The notes under the pieces are model-generated. The model ran no database searches. It saw only the letters and a program-made list of their open reading frames with translations, and was not told the origin of the DNA. DNA of 64,000 nt, taken from assembly GCA_050115495.1 (NCBI GenBank), contig JASFQK010000019.1, forward strand, positions 57,924 to 121,923. Reading direction: 5' to 3'. Source of the DNA: Phycisphaerae bacterium. Lineage in GTDB: Bacteria > Planctomycetota > Phycisphaerae > UBA1845 > Fen-1342. The translations under genes and the position numbers were made by a program. Shown piece by piece: positions 49,753 through 63,451 of this stretch (positions are counted from its first letter, which is position 1; every line of letters starts with the position of its first letter).

Positions 49753-50939
49753 TCACGCCACGGGAACGCGCGCCGGCCGATCCTCGCCGGCGAAGACCGC
49801 CGCACTCAACGGCTGGCCGGCCGCAACGGTCCGCGCGAAAGAGGCCAGCACGTGGCCGGCGTCGTGCGGTCCGGGGTTGGCCTCCGGGTGGAACTGGACG
49901 GCGGCGATGCCGTGCCCGGCGTGCACGAAGCCCTCGAGGCTGTCATCGTTCAGGTTCACGTGCGTCGGTGTCCCGCCGACGCGCTCCAGCGAAGCCGCGT
50001 CCACCGCGAAGCCGTGGTTCTGGCTGGTGATCTCCACGCAGCCGGTCAACCGGTTCAGCACCGGCACGTTCACGCCGTGATGGCCGAACCGCAGCTTGTA
50101 CGTGCTCGCCCCGAGCGCGAGCGCGAGGAGCTGATGCCCCAGGCAAATGCCGAATATGGGCAGGCGGCCCAGTAGCCGGCGAAGCATCTCGATCACGGCC
50201 GTCACCGCGGCGGGATCGCCCGGCCCGTTGCCGATGAGCAGCGCATCCGGTCGCAGGTCGCCGATGTCCGCCGTGCTGGCGTTGGCCGGCACCACGGTCA
50301 GCCGGCATCCCTGCTCCGCCAGGTGACGCAGGATGTTGTGCTTGATGCCGCAATCCAGGACGACGATATGACGCGATGCGTGTGCCACCTCTGTCGGCCC
50401 CCTGCCGTCCAACGCGTGTAACCGCTCCGACCACGGCCGCGCCGCCGACGGCGTCACGTCGGCGACCAGATTCGCCCCGCTCATCGGCGTAGCCGCACGC
50501 GCCTGCCGCACCAGTTCGAGGTCGTCGAGCACCTCCGTGGACAAGACGCCCCGCAGCGCCCCGCAGACGCGGATGTGCCGCGTGACCGCCCGTGTGTCGA
50601 CACCCGTCACGGCCATGAGCTGGTGCCGCTCGAAGAACTCCGCGAGCGACGCCGACGCCCGACAGTTGCTCGGCCGCCGTGGCAGCTCCTTCAGCACGAC
50701 TCCAGCCGCGTATGGTCGAGCCGCCTCGAAGTCCTCCGCATTGACGCCGTAGTTGCCGAGCAGCGGGAAGGTCATGGTCACGATCTGCCCGCAGTACGAC
50801 GGGTCGGTGAACACCTCCTGGTACCCGGTCATGCCCGTGTTGAACACGACTTCGCCGGCGCGCGTGCCATCCACGCCCACCGCAGTACCGGTGAACACCG
50901 TGCCGTCCTCGAGGGCCAGCTTGGCCGGTCGGTCTGTGC

Positions 50940-50943
<4 letters not shown>
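49753..50943 (-). CDS. carA: Carbamoyl-phosphate synthase small subunit
   Basis: '[10 protein letters not shown]', '[14 protein letters not shown]', GNGPGDP, GICLGHQ, QNHGF, QFHPE. ATGA overlap with carB. Confidence 0.95.
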
Positions 50944-54626
<3,683 letters not shown>

Positions 54627-54629
54627 CTA

Positions 54630-56003
54630 TCACTCCTCGACGCAATCGGTCGGCAACAGCGCAGCTTCCGCCGCTCGTACATGCTCGCGCCGCTCGCGCG
54701 CCTGGTCCCTCAGCGTGACGAACTCCGCGCGGAAGGCGGCGAGCACGTCCGCCGGCAACCGACCGTCCGTGCTGCGCCACTGCGGTAACTCCGGCGGGGC
54801 GAAAGTCCCCGCGCGAATCTCGGCGGCGACTTCGCGGTAGGCCGTCCGGAAAGGCGTTCCCGTCGCCGCCCGGGCCAGCGCCGCGTGCGCAGCATACAAC
54901 TCCGGGCGCATGGCCGCCGCGAGCCGTTCCGCACGGAGCAGGAAACCATCGATCACGCGTGTCGCCATCTCCAGGAGCTGCGTCGTGGCGAGCGCCACAC
55001 GAATCGCGGGTTCCTTCGTTAACTGCAAGTCCCGGTGATAGCCGGACGGCAGCTTCCCCGCGACGCGCTCGATCTCGGTAACCCGGGAGCGCAGTCGGGC
55101 GGCGCCGCCGCGGAGCAACTCCAGCACGTCGGGGTTGTGCTTGTTGGGCATGATCGACGAACCGGTCGACAGCGCCTCGGGGAGCGCGCAGAAGCCGAAC
55201 TCCGCCGTGCAGAACAGCAGCAGGTCCGAGGCGAGCTTCTCCACAACGCCGCCGACGTCCGCACCGACGCGGGCGAAGTAGCACTCCATGCGCCCCCGGC
55301 TGTTCTGCACGTCGAGCGGGCTGCGCTGGATGCCGCTGAAGCCGAGCAACCCGGCGGCGTACATCCGGTCCAGCGCCAGCGGCACGCCGTAGCCGGCGCC
55401 GGTGTGCAGCGGACACGCATCGAGCCGGTTCAACAGATCGTACGCGGCGCGCATCTGCTCCAGCGCGGCCTCGCCGTGGGCATGCAGCCAGAGCCCGACG
55501 CTCGAAGGCATGGCCTGCTGGAGATGCGTGTACCCGGGCATCGGCGTGGTTCCATCCCGCTCGATGCGTTCCAGCAACGTGCCGATGAAGTCGGCGATGT
55601 CGTCCAGCCACAGCATCGTGTGGTGCCGCAGGAACAGCCGCAGCGCCGTCGCGACCTGGTCGTTGCGGGAACGGCACGCGTGGATCTTCTCGCCGGCGAT
55701 GCCGCAGTGTCGCACCAGTTCCGCCTCGAGGGCGGTGTGACCGTCCTCCAGCTCCGGCGGAATGTCGAACTCGCCCCGCTGCGCCCGCCGGTCGGCGGCC
55801 GCCAACGCACCCAGCAAAGCCGCCAACTCGTCCTCACTAAGCAAACCGACCCGAACCAGCGTTCGGGCGTGGGCCGCCGTTCCCAGGCAATCCCAGTGCA
55901 GGAGGTAGCGATCCCAGGTCGGATCGTCTCCCACCGTGAAGCGATGAACCGCCACGTCCAACGGCTCGCCTTTCTCCCACAGCCGCGGCGGCGAGAGGTT
56001 CAT
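54630..56003 (-). CDS. argH: Argininosuccinate lyase
   Basis: 'RSRNDQVAT', 'MPGYTHLQQA', 'STGSSIMPNKHNPDVLE', 'SGYHRDLQ'. Confidence 0.95.
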   Translation of the reverse strand: MNLSPPRLWEKGEPLDVAVHRFTVGDDPTWDRYLLHWDCLGTAAHARTLVRVGLLSEDELAALLGALAAADRRAQRGEFDIPPELEDGHTALEAELVRHCGIAGEKIHACRSRNDQVATALRLFLRHHTMLWLDDIADFIGTLLERIERDGTTPMPGYTHLQQAMPSSVGLWLHAHGEAALEQMRAAYDLLNRLDACPLHTGAGYGVPLALDRMYAAGLLGFSGIQRSPLDVQNSRGRMECYFARVGADVGGVVEKLASDLLLFCTAEFGFCALPEALSTGSSIMPNKHNPDVLELLRGGAARLRSRVTEIERVAGKLPSGYHRDLQLTKEPAIRVALATTQLLEMATRVIDGFLLRAERLAAAMRPELYAAHAALARAATGTPFRTAYREVAAEIRAGTFAPPELPQWRSTDGRLPADVLAAFRAEFVTLRDQARERREHVRAAEAALLPTDCVEE

Positions 56004-57076
56004 GGCTGCTCTCCAGTCAGTGCGAAGTACTCGCGAACGACTTGCAGATAGGTCGCGAAGCCCTGCTCCAGCTCGTCCGCGGTGATGAACTCATCGGGCG
56101 TGTGGGAGCGGGCCGATTGCCCCGGACCGAGCTTCACCGCCGGAACTCCGGCGAGGAACACCATGTCACTCATGGCCGCGCTCCCGGCGGGCGATACGCC
56201 AGGCCGTGCGCGGCACGCTGCCCTGACGATCGCTGCGTCGGACGCCGTTTCGACCGGCACGAGTCGCTCGCTGTGGACGCAGAGTTCGCTACGGAAAGCC
56301 GCGCGGAGCCGTTCGTACAGCGCCCCATGCGTTTCGCCGGGCGTCGTGCGCACGTCGAGCATGAACTCGCACGTGTCCGGAACGACGTTATTGGCGACGC
56401 CGCCGTAGATCCGCGTCGGATGTGCGTGGCAGCGGCCCAGGAGCGGATGCTCCGGGCCCCAGTCGAACGCAGCCAGCGTGTCCAGGTCGCGTGCCGCGAC
56501 CGCGATCGCATTATCCGCACTCCCCGGCGGCGTGTTGGCCGGGTGGCCGCTCCGGCCGCGAGCCACGCCGCGCAGCACGAGCAAGCCGCGCTGGGCGATC
56601 ATCGGAACGAGACCGGTGGGCTCGCCGACGATGGCCGCGTCCAGCGGCGACAGCTCCGGCAGAATCGTCGCGAGCCCCTGTCCGTTGATTTCCTCTTCTG
56701 CGGTCAACGCCAGCACGACCGTGCCCCCCAGGCGTTCGCCGCGATTCAGCAGTTCCCGCAGGCGCAGCACGGTCGTCAACAGGGCGACGACGCAGCCCTT
56801 CGCATCGTTGGCACCCAACCCGCTGAGACGGCCGTCGTGTACCTGCGGCTGCCACGGATCGTGCGACCAACCCTGTCCCGGCGGCACTGTGTCCAGATGT
56901 GAATTGAGCAGCAGTCGCGGCCGCGGCGCATCGCCCAGTTCGCACAGCAGGTTGTTCGCCTGACGCCGCGCGCGCAGCCCCGCCTCGGCCAGATCCGCCT
57001 CGATGGCGTCGGCGAGCGCCGCCTCCTGGCCCGAGACACTGCGTATGGCCACGTAGCGGGCGAGCGACTCGATCAC
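56000..57076 (-). CDS. argE: M20-family N-acyl-ornithine/citrulline deacylase
   Basis: 'LNSHLDTVP', 'GLGANDAKG', 'AEEE', 'VGEPT', 'SHTPDE'. GTGA overlap with argB. Confidence 0.88.
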   Translation of the reverse strand: MIESLARYVAIRSVSGQEAALADAIEADLAEAGLRARRQANNLLCELGDAPRPRLLLNSHLDTVPPGQGWSHDPWQPQVHDGRLSGLGANDAKGCVVALLTTVLRLRELLNRGERLGGTVVLALTAEEEINGQGLATILPELSPLDAAIVGEPTGLVPMIAQRGLLVLRGVARGRSGHPANTPPGSADNAIAVAARDLDTLAAFDWGPEHPLLGRCHAHPTRIYGGVANNVVPDTCEFMLDVRTTPGETHGALYERLRAAFRSELCVHSERLVPVETASDAAIVRAACRARPGVSPAGSAAMSDMVFLAGVPAVKLGPGQSARSHTPDEFITADELEQGFATYLQVVREYFALTGEQP

Positions 57077-58005
57077 GTTCCGCCCCCCTGTGTGCCGTTG
57101 TTCTTCGCGTTGCGCTTCGCCACGATGAGCGTGCCGCAGCCCTCGTTCGTGAACACTTCGCCGAGCAGCGTATCGGGGATCAGCCCGTTGATGATGTGCA
57201 CGCGCGGCACGCCAGCCATTAGCGCCGCCCGGCACGCGGCCAGCTTGGGCAGCATTCCGCCGCTGATCACGCCCGACTCAACCAGCGCGGCGGCCTGATC
57301 CAGGTCGAGGTACGTCTGCAACGTGCGTGCATCGGACTTGTCCTGCAGCACGCCATCCACCGTTGTGACGAGGAAGAGCTTCGCGGCCTCGATCGCCCCG
57401 GCCAGCGACGCCGCAACCGTGTCGGCGTTGACGTTGTACACCTGCCCGGCCGCGTCCGCCGCCAGGCAGCCGACGACCGGCACACAATCGCCCGCCAGCA
57501 AGTGGCGCAGCGGCGCGGCGTTCACCGCCACCACGTCCCCGACGAAACCGAAGTCCACCTCGCGAGTGCGGTTCGTTTCCGCATCATGCAGCGTTTGCAC
57601 GGGACGTCGTTGCGCTTCGATGAGACCCGCGTCCACGCCGCTGACGCCGACGGCGGCCACGCCCGCCTTGCGGAAGGCGGCCACGATATTGGTGTTCACG
57701 ACGCCGGCGAGCGTCATCTTGGCGATTTCGAGCACGGGCGCAGTGGTAACCCGGCGGCCGCCGATGATCTCCGGCTCAACGCCCAGGCGCGTGCTGAGAT
57801 CGCTCATCTGCTCGCCGCCACCGTGCACGACGACCAAGCCGATACCGAGGCCGTGCAGGTGCGCGAGCTGATCCACGAGGTTGTCCATCGCTCGGCCGGG
57901 TGCGCACAAGCGACCGCCCAGCTTGATCACGAACACGCGGCCCTTGTAGGCACGGATGTAGGGGATCGCCGTGCGGAGGGCGTCGAGCTTCACCTGCAAC
58001 TGCAT
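57073..58005 (-). CDS. argB: N-acylglutamate kinase
   Basis: 'VIKLGG', 'VVHGGG', 'GRRVT', 'YNVNADTVA', 'GGMLPKL'. Confidence 0.93.
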   Translation of the reverse strand: MQLQVKLDALRTAIPYIRAYKGRVFVIKLGGRLCAPGRAMDNLVDQLAHLHGLGIGLVVVHGGGEQMSDLSTRLGVEPEIIGGRRVTTAPVLEIAKMTLAGVVNTNIVAAFRKAGVAAVGVSGVDAGLIEAQRRPVQTLHDAETNRTREVDFGFVGDVVAVNAAPLRHLLAGDCVPVVGCLAADAAGQVYNVNADTVAASLAGAIEAAKLFLVTTVDGVLQDKSDARTLQTYLDLDQAAALVESGVISGGMLPKLAACRAALMAGVPRVHIINGLIPDTLLGEVFTNEGCGTLIVAKRNAKNNGTQGGGT

Positions 58006-59036
58006 GACTGGACCTCCTCGGCACACCCGGCCTCGCGCTGCGTCAGCAGCGCCGTCAGAATCGCCACCTGCGACCAGAGGCGGTTCTCCGCCTGGTCCAC
58101 TACGACGCTCCGCGGGTCATCGAGTGCCTCGTCCGCGATGACCACGTTCCGCCGAACCGGCAGGCAGTGCAGCAGCCGCGTCTGCGGCCCGAGATGGGCC
58201 GGCGTAACCATCCAGTCGGCGTGGCGACGGAAGTCGGCCCGTTGTTCTTCCTGTTGGCCGTACAGCGCCGGGCTGCCCCAGCTCTTCACGTACACGACGT
58301 CGGCACCGCGGGTTGCCGCCGTCTGGTCGGCCGTGAGCATGAACTCGGCGCCCGCGGCTGCACACCACGCCCCCGCCCGGTCCAGTATCGCCGCGTTCAG
58401 CTCGTAGCCGGGAGGATGGGCCACGGTGACGTTCATCCCGGCCGCCGCGGCCGCCAGCATCGCCGAATGCGGCACCGCCATCGGCAGCGCCTTGACCTGC
58501 GGCGCCCACGTGAGCACGAAACGTCGGCCGCGTGGCTCGCCGAGCTGCTCCGCCATCGTCTGCCAGTCCGCGAGACCCTGACACGGATGCTCGACCGCGG
58601 ATTCCATATTGATCACCGGCACCGTCGCGAAGCGGGCGAACGCGCAAATGACGTGGTCGGCCGCGTCCTCCGCCGCATCACGCAGACCGGCGAACGTCCG
58701 CACGGCCAGCAGGTCGCCATACCGGCTGAGCACCGGCGCCGCCTCGCGAATGTGCTCGGCCGCCTCGCCGTCCATCACCGTGCCATCACGGTGTTCGAGC
58801 TTCCAGGCATCGCCGCCGACATTCAGACAGACGGCGTGTCCGCCGTAGCGGAGCATCGCCGCCTCGAAGGAAACACGCGTCCGCAGCGATGGATTGAAGA
58901 AGACGAGCGTCAGAATGCGTTCACGCAACTTGGCGGTTACCACCTCGCCCTGCCCCGCCTTGCAGCGGCGTGCCAGCGCGACCAACTCGGCCAGTTCCGC
59001 GGGTTCGTAGTCCAGCATGCTCAGCCAGTGACGCAT
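57990..59036 (-). CDS. argF: N-acyl-ornithine carbamoyltransferase (ArgF' type; succinyl-type signature)
   Basis: 'FFNPSLRTR', 'WKLE..DGTVMDGEAAEH', 'HPCQGLAD', 'HCLPVRRN' are typical of AOTCase/SOTCase rather than OTCase. Confidence 0.9.
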   Translation of the reverse strand: MRHWLSMLDYEPAELAELVALARRCKAGQGEVVTAKLRERILTLVFFNPSLRTRVSFEAAMLRYGGHAVCLNVGGDAWKLEHRDGTVMDGEAAEHIREAAPVLSRYGDLLAVRTFAGLRDAAEDAADHVICAFARFATVPVINMESAVEHPCQGLADWQTMAEQLGEPRGRRFVLTWAPQVKALPMAVPHSAMLAAAAAGMNVTVAHPPGYELNAAILDRAGAWCAAAGAEFMLTADQTAATRGADVVYVKSWGSPALYGQQEEQRADFRRHADWMVTPAHLGPQTRLLHCLPVRRNVVIADEALDDPRSVVVDQAENRLWSQVAILTALLTQREAGCAEEVQSCSCR

Positions 59037-59111
59037 CGCTCAGTTCTCCCGGTTCGGCCAATGCGGCGGCCGGACACGCAGCGCGGCCACCCGCCGGGCA
59101 CGGCCTCGCCT

Positions 59112-60176
59112 CTATACCGGGCGCAACGCCGGGACCCACAAACCGGCGGTCTCCGGCAGTCCGCACATGAGGTTCAGGTTCTGCACCGCCGTGCCCGCCA
59201 TACCTTTCACCAGGTTGTCCAGGGCGGTCATGACGATCACGTGTCGTTCACGGCACGCCAACCCGATATCGCAGAAGTTCGAGCCGACCACGTTCTGCAA
59301 GGCCGGCGATTCGTCCACGATCCGCACAAAGGGCCGACCGGCGTAGAACGCCTCGTACTTTCGCCGCAACGATTCCACATCCGTCGGCTCAGCCAGTGTG
59401 GCGTGCGCCGTGACGAAGATGCCGCGGGCGACGTCCAGGCTCTGCGCGACGAAGCTCATGGCCAGCCGCTGACCGTACGGGTCGCCCAGCGCTTGCAGAA
59501 TCTCCGGCTCGTGTCGGTGCGCCAGCGGCTTGTACGCGCGAAAATCAGCGTGGCGCGTCGGATGGTGCGTCCCGTCCTTGAGCTGCCGGCCGGAGCCGGA
59601 CGAACCGGTTTTTGCGTCGACGGCGAGCGGCCCGCTGAGTTTCACGCCGGCCAGCGGCGCGAGGGCCAGGATCGCCGCCGTCGCCAGGCAGCCGGGATTC
59701 GCGACACATCGCGCGGCCTGCACGCGCTCCGGCCACAGTTCCGGCTGGCCATACACGAACGCCGACCGAAGCTCGGGCAGCAGCGGTGATTCCGGATAGT
59801 GACGTGCATGCAGCCCGGCGTCGCTGAGTCGGAAATCGCCGGACAGGTCGATCACGTGTACCGCCCGACCCTGCGGGTGCTGGCTCAATTCGTCCAGCAG
59901 CGCGGCGATCGCCTGGGCGCTGGCTCCGTGCGGCAGTGCCGAGATGACAACGGCGTGCTCACCGGCGAGAAGCCGCGTGGCATCGACGCCGGACGTCAGA
60001 CGCAAGTCATAGAACCCGCGCAGGTGCGGATGCACGTCGGCGACCGCAGCGCCCGCGGCAGAGCGTGACGTAGCACTGATGACCTCAACGGCCGGATGCT
60101 GCGTGAACAGGCGCAGCAACTCACCCGCGCCGTAGCCGGTCGCACCGAGAACCGCCACGTGCACGGGCCGACTCAC
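59112..60176 (-). CDS. argC: N-acyl-gamma-glutamyl-phosphate reductase
   Basis: 'GATGYGAGEL', 'IDLSGDFRL', 'VANPGCLAT', 'HRHEPEI', 'DNLVKGMAG'. Confidence 0.95.
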   Translation of the reverse strand: MSRPVHVAVLGATGYGAGELLRLFTQHPAVEVISATSRSAAGAAVADVHPHLRGFYDLRLTSGVDATRLLAGEHAVVISALPHGASAQAIAALLDELSQHPQGRAVHVIDLSGDFRLSDAGLHARHYPESPLLPELRSAFVYGQPELWPERVQAARCVANPGCLATAAILALAPLAGVKLSGPLAVDAKTGSSGSGRQLKDGTHHPTRHADFRAYKPLAHRHEPEILQALGDPYGQRLAMSFVAQSLDVARGIFVTAHATLAEPTDVESLRRKYEAFYAGRPFVRIVDESPALQNVVGSNFCDIGLACRERHVIVMTALDNLVKGMAGTAVQNLNLMCGLPETAGLWVPALRPV

Positions 60177-61234
60177 GCGTGGCCTCCCTGAACCGGCTGA
60201 GCGAGCTGTTCGATCACTGCGTTGCCCAGCTCGACCCCTTGCGTCCGAGCGTTCAGGGCCGCCAGCCCAAGCTGCTCGCGGACGTAGCGTGTGCCGACCG
60301 CATTGTCGGTCGCCGGACCGCTGACGACATCGATGCTCAGCCCAAACCGATCCGCCAGGATCCGTTGCGCGCCCCAGGCCCCGACCGGATCGTTCGCGCA
60401 GAGCACCAGCACGCGGATGCAGCGGCGAAGCTCAACATCGGCGAGGATCTCGGCTACGCCGTACTCCCCCAGCAAACCATCGCCCAACTCGGCGACGATC
60501 ACGTCAGCGCCGGCGTGCGCCAGGTGTTCCAGCAGCGTCCGCGCCACGGCAACCGCACTGGCCGCCGTCGTCGAGACCACGCCCGCATCGGTAAACGAGA
60601 CCGCCCAACGAGCCCCGTAGTCACGCATGTGCAGCACGTCGCGCCGCAGTGAGACGCCCGTCAACTTGCAGGCACCCACAGCCCTGCCATGCTTGGCGAG
60701 CTGCCGCACGAGCTGGCAGGCGGCGGACGTCTTGCCGCTGTTCATGCACGTGCCGGCGACGAACACCACCGGAACAGCCGGCGTCGGTTCGGGCGAGACC
60801 TTGAGCGCGTTCATCCCGATGTGGGCCGGCACGCCCTGGCGGTCCTCGAAATCGGGGAACACCAGCACGGCACCGAGCACCTCGAACGCGAAGGGCGGAC
60901 CGACGTCCGGGTTCTCCGACGTGCAACGACCGATGACGCCGCCCAGGTTGAGCACGTGCAGCGTGTCGCCGACCGCCAGCGTGTCCGGCACGTAGCCCGA
61001 GTAGCCGTGCAGCGCGCTCCGCGGGCCGAGGACGCCGGCGATCACGTCGCCTTCGTGCAACGTCACCATCCGTCCGTGCAGGTCCTCGAGTTGGTTGTAC
61101 GCGGTCTTCTCGCCATGAATGCGACCGGCCAGGATGTAGGATTCGCGCGCGATAATCTCCGGCGTGACCCGGACGTCGCGACGTAGCGGCACGTTCGCCG
61201 TCGCAGAGGCGAGCTTGTCAATCCACAGCCGCAT
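60173..61234 (-). CDS. DUF1611/DgcN-like P-loop protein embedded in the arg operon
   Basis: 'FVAGTCMNSGKT', 'KLTG', 'FTDAG..ST', 'VAELGDG'; overlaps both argG and argC. Confidence 0.7.
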   Translation of the reverse strand: MRLWIDKLASATANVPLRRDVRVTPEIIARESYILAGRIHGEKTAYNQLEDLHGRMVTLHEGDVIAGVLGPRSALHGYSGYVPDTLAVGDTLHVLNLGGVIGRCTSENPDVGPPFAFEVLGAVLVFPDFEDRQGVPAHIGMNALKVSPEPTPAVPVVFVAGTCMNSGKTSAACQLVRQLAKHGRAVGACKLTGVSLRRDVLHMRDYGARWAVSFTDAGVVSTTAASAVAVARTLLEHLAHAGADVIVAELGDGLLGEYGVAEILADVELRRCIRVLVLCANDPVGAWGAQRILADRFGLSIDVVSGPATDNAVGTRYVREQLGLAALNARTQGVELGNAVIEQLAQPVQGGHA

Positions 61235-62435
61235 GGTTCGCCTCTGCCTGCCGCGCCACCTGCGCCGCCAACTCATCCTGCAACCCGTAGAGCCGGCTGA
61301 ACGCGGCGGCGTCCGCACCGTTCCACAACGCAGCGGTCTCGCCATACCGCGCCCCGCAGCCCAGCAGTGAATACGGACTGGTCGCGCCCAGCACCTCCGC
61401 TCGTCCGGCGTGCAGGCGCACCCGCGCCTGTCCGTGCACGCGCTGCTGCGACGACATCAGAAACGCCTCCAGGTCGCGCATGAGCGGGTCAAAGAACCGC
61501 GCCTCATGCAGGCCGCTGGCGTAGAGGTCGCCGAGCGTGCGCTTCCACAGCAGTTGCTGCCGCGAGAGCACCAACTTCTCCAGCTCTCGATGCGCCGTGA
61601 TCAGCACGGTCGCGGCGGGGGCTTCGAATGCCACGCGGCCCTTGATGCCGAGGATCGTGTCGCCCACGTGCATGCCGCGCCCGACACCGTGTCGGCCAGC
61701 CCGCTCAGTCAGTTCGTCGATCAGCCGCACTGGGTCCAACCGCTCGTCATCCAGCGCCACCGGCACGCCGGCTTCGAACGAGATCCGGACGTCCTCAGCC
61801 GCCGTCGGCCATTGCCCCGCTGAGCGCGTGAGCACGTACGCCTCTTCCGGCAACGCACCTTCACCGGCGTGCGTCTCTGCCCCGCCGATCGTCGCACCCC
61901 ACAACCCGCGGTTGATCGAGTACGTCGCGATCTTTGCCGGAACCTCTACGCCGCGTTCCGCCAGATACGCCACTTCCTGCTCGCGCGTCAGACCCAACGC
62001 CCGAACCGGCGTCGCGATCTCGACCGCGGGGGCGAACACACGGAAGGCCACATCGAACCGAACCTGGTCGTTTCCCGCCGCCGTCGAGCCGTGAGCCAGC
62101 GCGGTGGCCCCGATCTCAACGGCGTGCAGGGCGCAGCGTTTGGCCTGAACGACGCGCTCGGCCGAGACGCACAGCGGATACACGTCGCCGCGCAAGGCAC
62201 CTGCGAAAATCAGATAGCGCAGGTAGTCATTGAACAACTCGCCGCGGGCGTCGATCGTGCGGTGATCCGCGACGCCGAGCGCTCGCGCCCGCCGTTCGAT
62301 CGCCGCCAACTCGTCGGTCGCGCTGTCCGTCTGCACGGTGACGGTGTGGACCTCGTAGCCCTGCTCGGCCAGCCAGACCGCGCAAAAGGACGTATCCAGA
62401 CCGCCAGAGAACGCTAAAACCGCCTTGCGCTTCAC
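61218..62435 (-). CDS. argG: Argininosuccinate synthase
   Basis: 'VLAFSGGLDTS', 'HGSTAAGNDQVRF', 'YSINRGLWG', 'GIKGRVAFEAP'. Confidence 0.95.
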   Translation of the reverse strand: MKRKAVLAFSGGLDTSFCAVWLAEQGYEVHTVTVQTDSATDELAAIERRARALGVADHRTIDARGELFNDYLRYLIFAGALRGDVYPLCVSAERVVQAKRCALHAVEIGATALAHGSTAAGNDQVRFDVAFRVFAPAVEIATPVRALGLTREQEVAYLAERGVEVPAKIATYSINRGLWGATIGGAETHAGEGALPEEAYVLTRSAGQWPTAAEDVRISFEAGVPVALDDERLDPVRLIDELTERAGRHGVGRGMHVGDTILGIKGRVAFEAPAATVLITAHRELEKLVLSRQQLLWKRTLGDLYASGLHEARFFDPLMRDLEAFLMSSQQRVHGQARVRLHAGRAEVLGATSPYSLLGCGARYGETAALWNGADAAAFSRLYGLQDELAAQVARQAEANHAAVD

Positions 62436-62475
62436 GGTCGCACCTTTGCTTGCCCCCGGTTCCGCCGACCGCCGG

Positions 62476-62961
62476 TCATTGGCCGGCCGCTCCGACATCC
62501 GGCCCGTCGCCGTCCGCCGGCGGCGGCGCCTTGAGCTGGGCCAACACGCGGCCCTGGGCCACACGGCTGCGGACAGCCACGAAGATCGTGTCATCGCCGG
62601 CCACCGTCCCCGCCATCTCCGGCACCTTCCTGCTGTCGAGTTCTACGGCCACGGTGGCCGCCGCTCCCGGCGGCGTCTTGACCACGATGAGGTTCGCCCC
62701 GACGGCCTCCGCAGAAACGATTAATTCATTGTAGAGCGAAGCCGCCCCGGGTGCCGACCGATCGACGCCGACCCGTGCCGCGGGCACGTACCGGCCGTCC
62801 ACCCGCACCAGGCCCAACTCGCGCACGTCGCGACTGACGCTTGCCTGAGTAACGTGAAATCCACGTTTCTCCAGCAACTGCACCATTTCCTCCTGGCTGG
62901 CCACCGGCCGTTGCCGTACCAGCTTCAGGAGCGTCGCCTGCCGCGTTCGTTGCTCTCTCAC
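62476..62961 (-). CDS. argR: Arginine repressor
   Basis: 'SQEE', 'TQASVSRDVREL', 'KTPPG', 'GTVAGDDTIFV'. Confidence 0.95.
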   Translation of the reverse strand: MREQRTRQATLLKLVRQRPVASQEEMVQLLEKRGFHVTQASVSRDVRELGLVRVDGRYVPAARVGVDRSAPGAASLYNELIVSAEAVGANLIVVKTPPGAAATVAVELDSRKVPEMAGTVAGDDTIFVAVRSRVAQGRVLAQLKAPPPADGDGPDVGAAGQ

Positions 62962-62974
62962 GGACCACCTCGAT

Positions 62975-63027
62975 TATGAATAAATCATCGGCCGTGCAAA
63001 TATATACAGTTGACCCCAACCGTCAAG
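62975..63027 (-). promoter_or_regulatory. arg operon promoter overlapping tandem ARG boxes
   Basis: Minus-strand TTGACG-N16-TATATT. ARG-box-like CGTGCAAATATATACAGT (62993-63010) and adjacent TATGAATAAATCATCGGC (62975-62992). Confidence 0.7.
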
Positions 63028-63428
63028 AGGACGCGCTGTGGCTTTTTCGGGAAGACCGATAACATGGCTCGCCCGCCGGCCAGGCCGCGCCGCCGGCGGC
63101 CGACTGAAGTGGAAAAGTTGGATCTGCGAACCTGCACAGGATTGGAGGCCGGGGGGGGATTCGACTCTCTGGGCTACCCTCGACACACGGCTGTTACACC
63201 GCAAGACGTCACACACGTGCTCTGCGCAGTGTGGAGCCTCGCGAGAGAACCGCGCGGAGTGCAGGCCGCGAATCGAGTGTTCCCCGGAGAGGGGCGGCCG
63301 GGAGAGGCCGCGGCCTCCAGGCATATTCACCTTTTGTTCGGACGCCGGTGGAAATCGAGTTTCCGCTATAGTCCCCGTAATGCGGGGCCGGCGGGATATA
63401 AGCACTTGTCAATAAAGCACTTCATGAT

Positions 63429-63451
63429 TGGAGGCGGGGGGAATCGAACCC
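63429..63451 (-). mobile_element. att-like tmRNA/tRNA 3'-end fragment (T arm plus acceptor strand)
   Basis: Reverse complement GGGTTCGATTCCCCCCGCCTCCA with no 5' half; degenerate second copy at 63143-63167. Confidence 0.6.
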
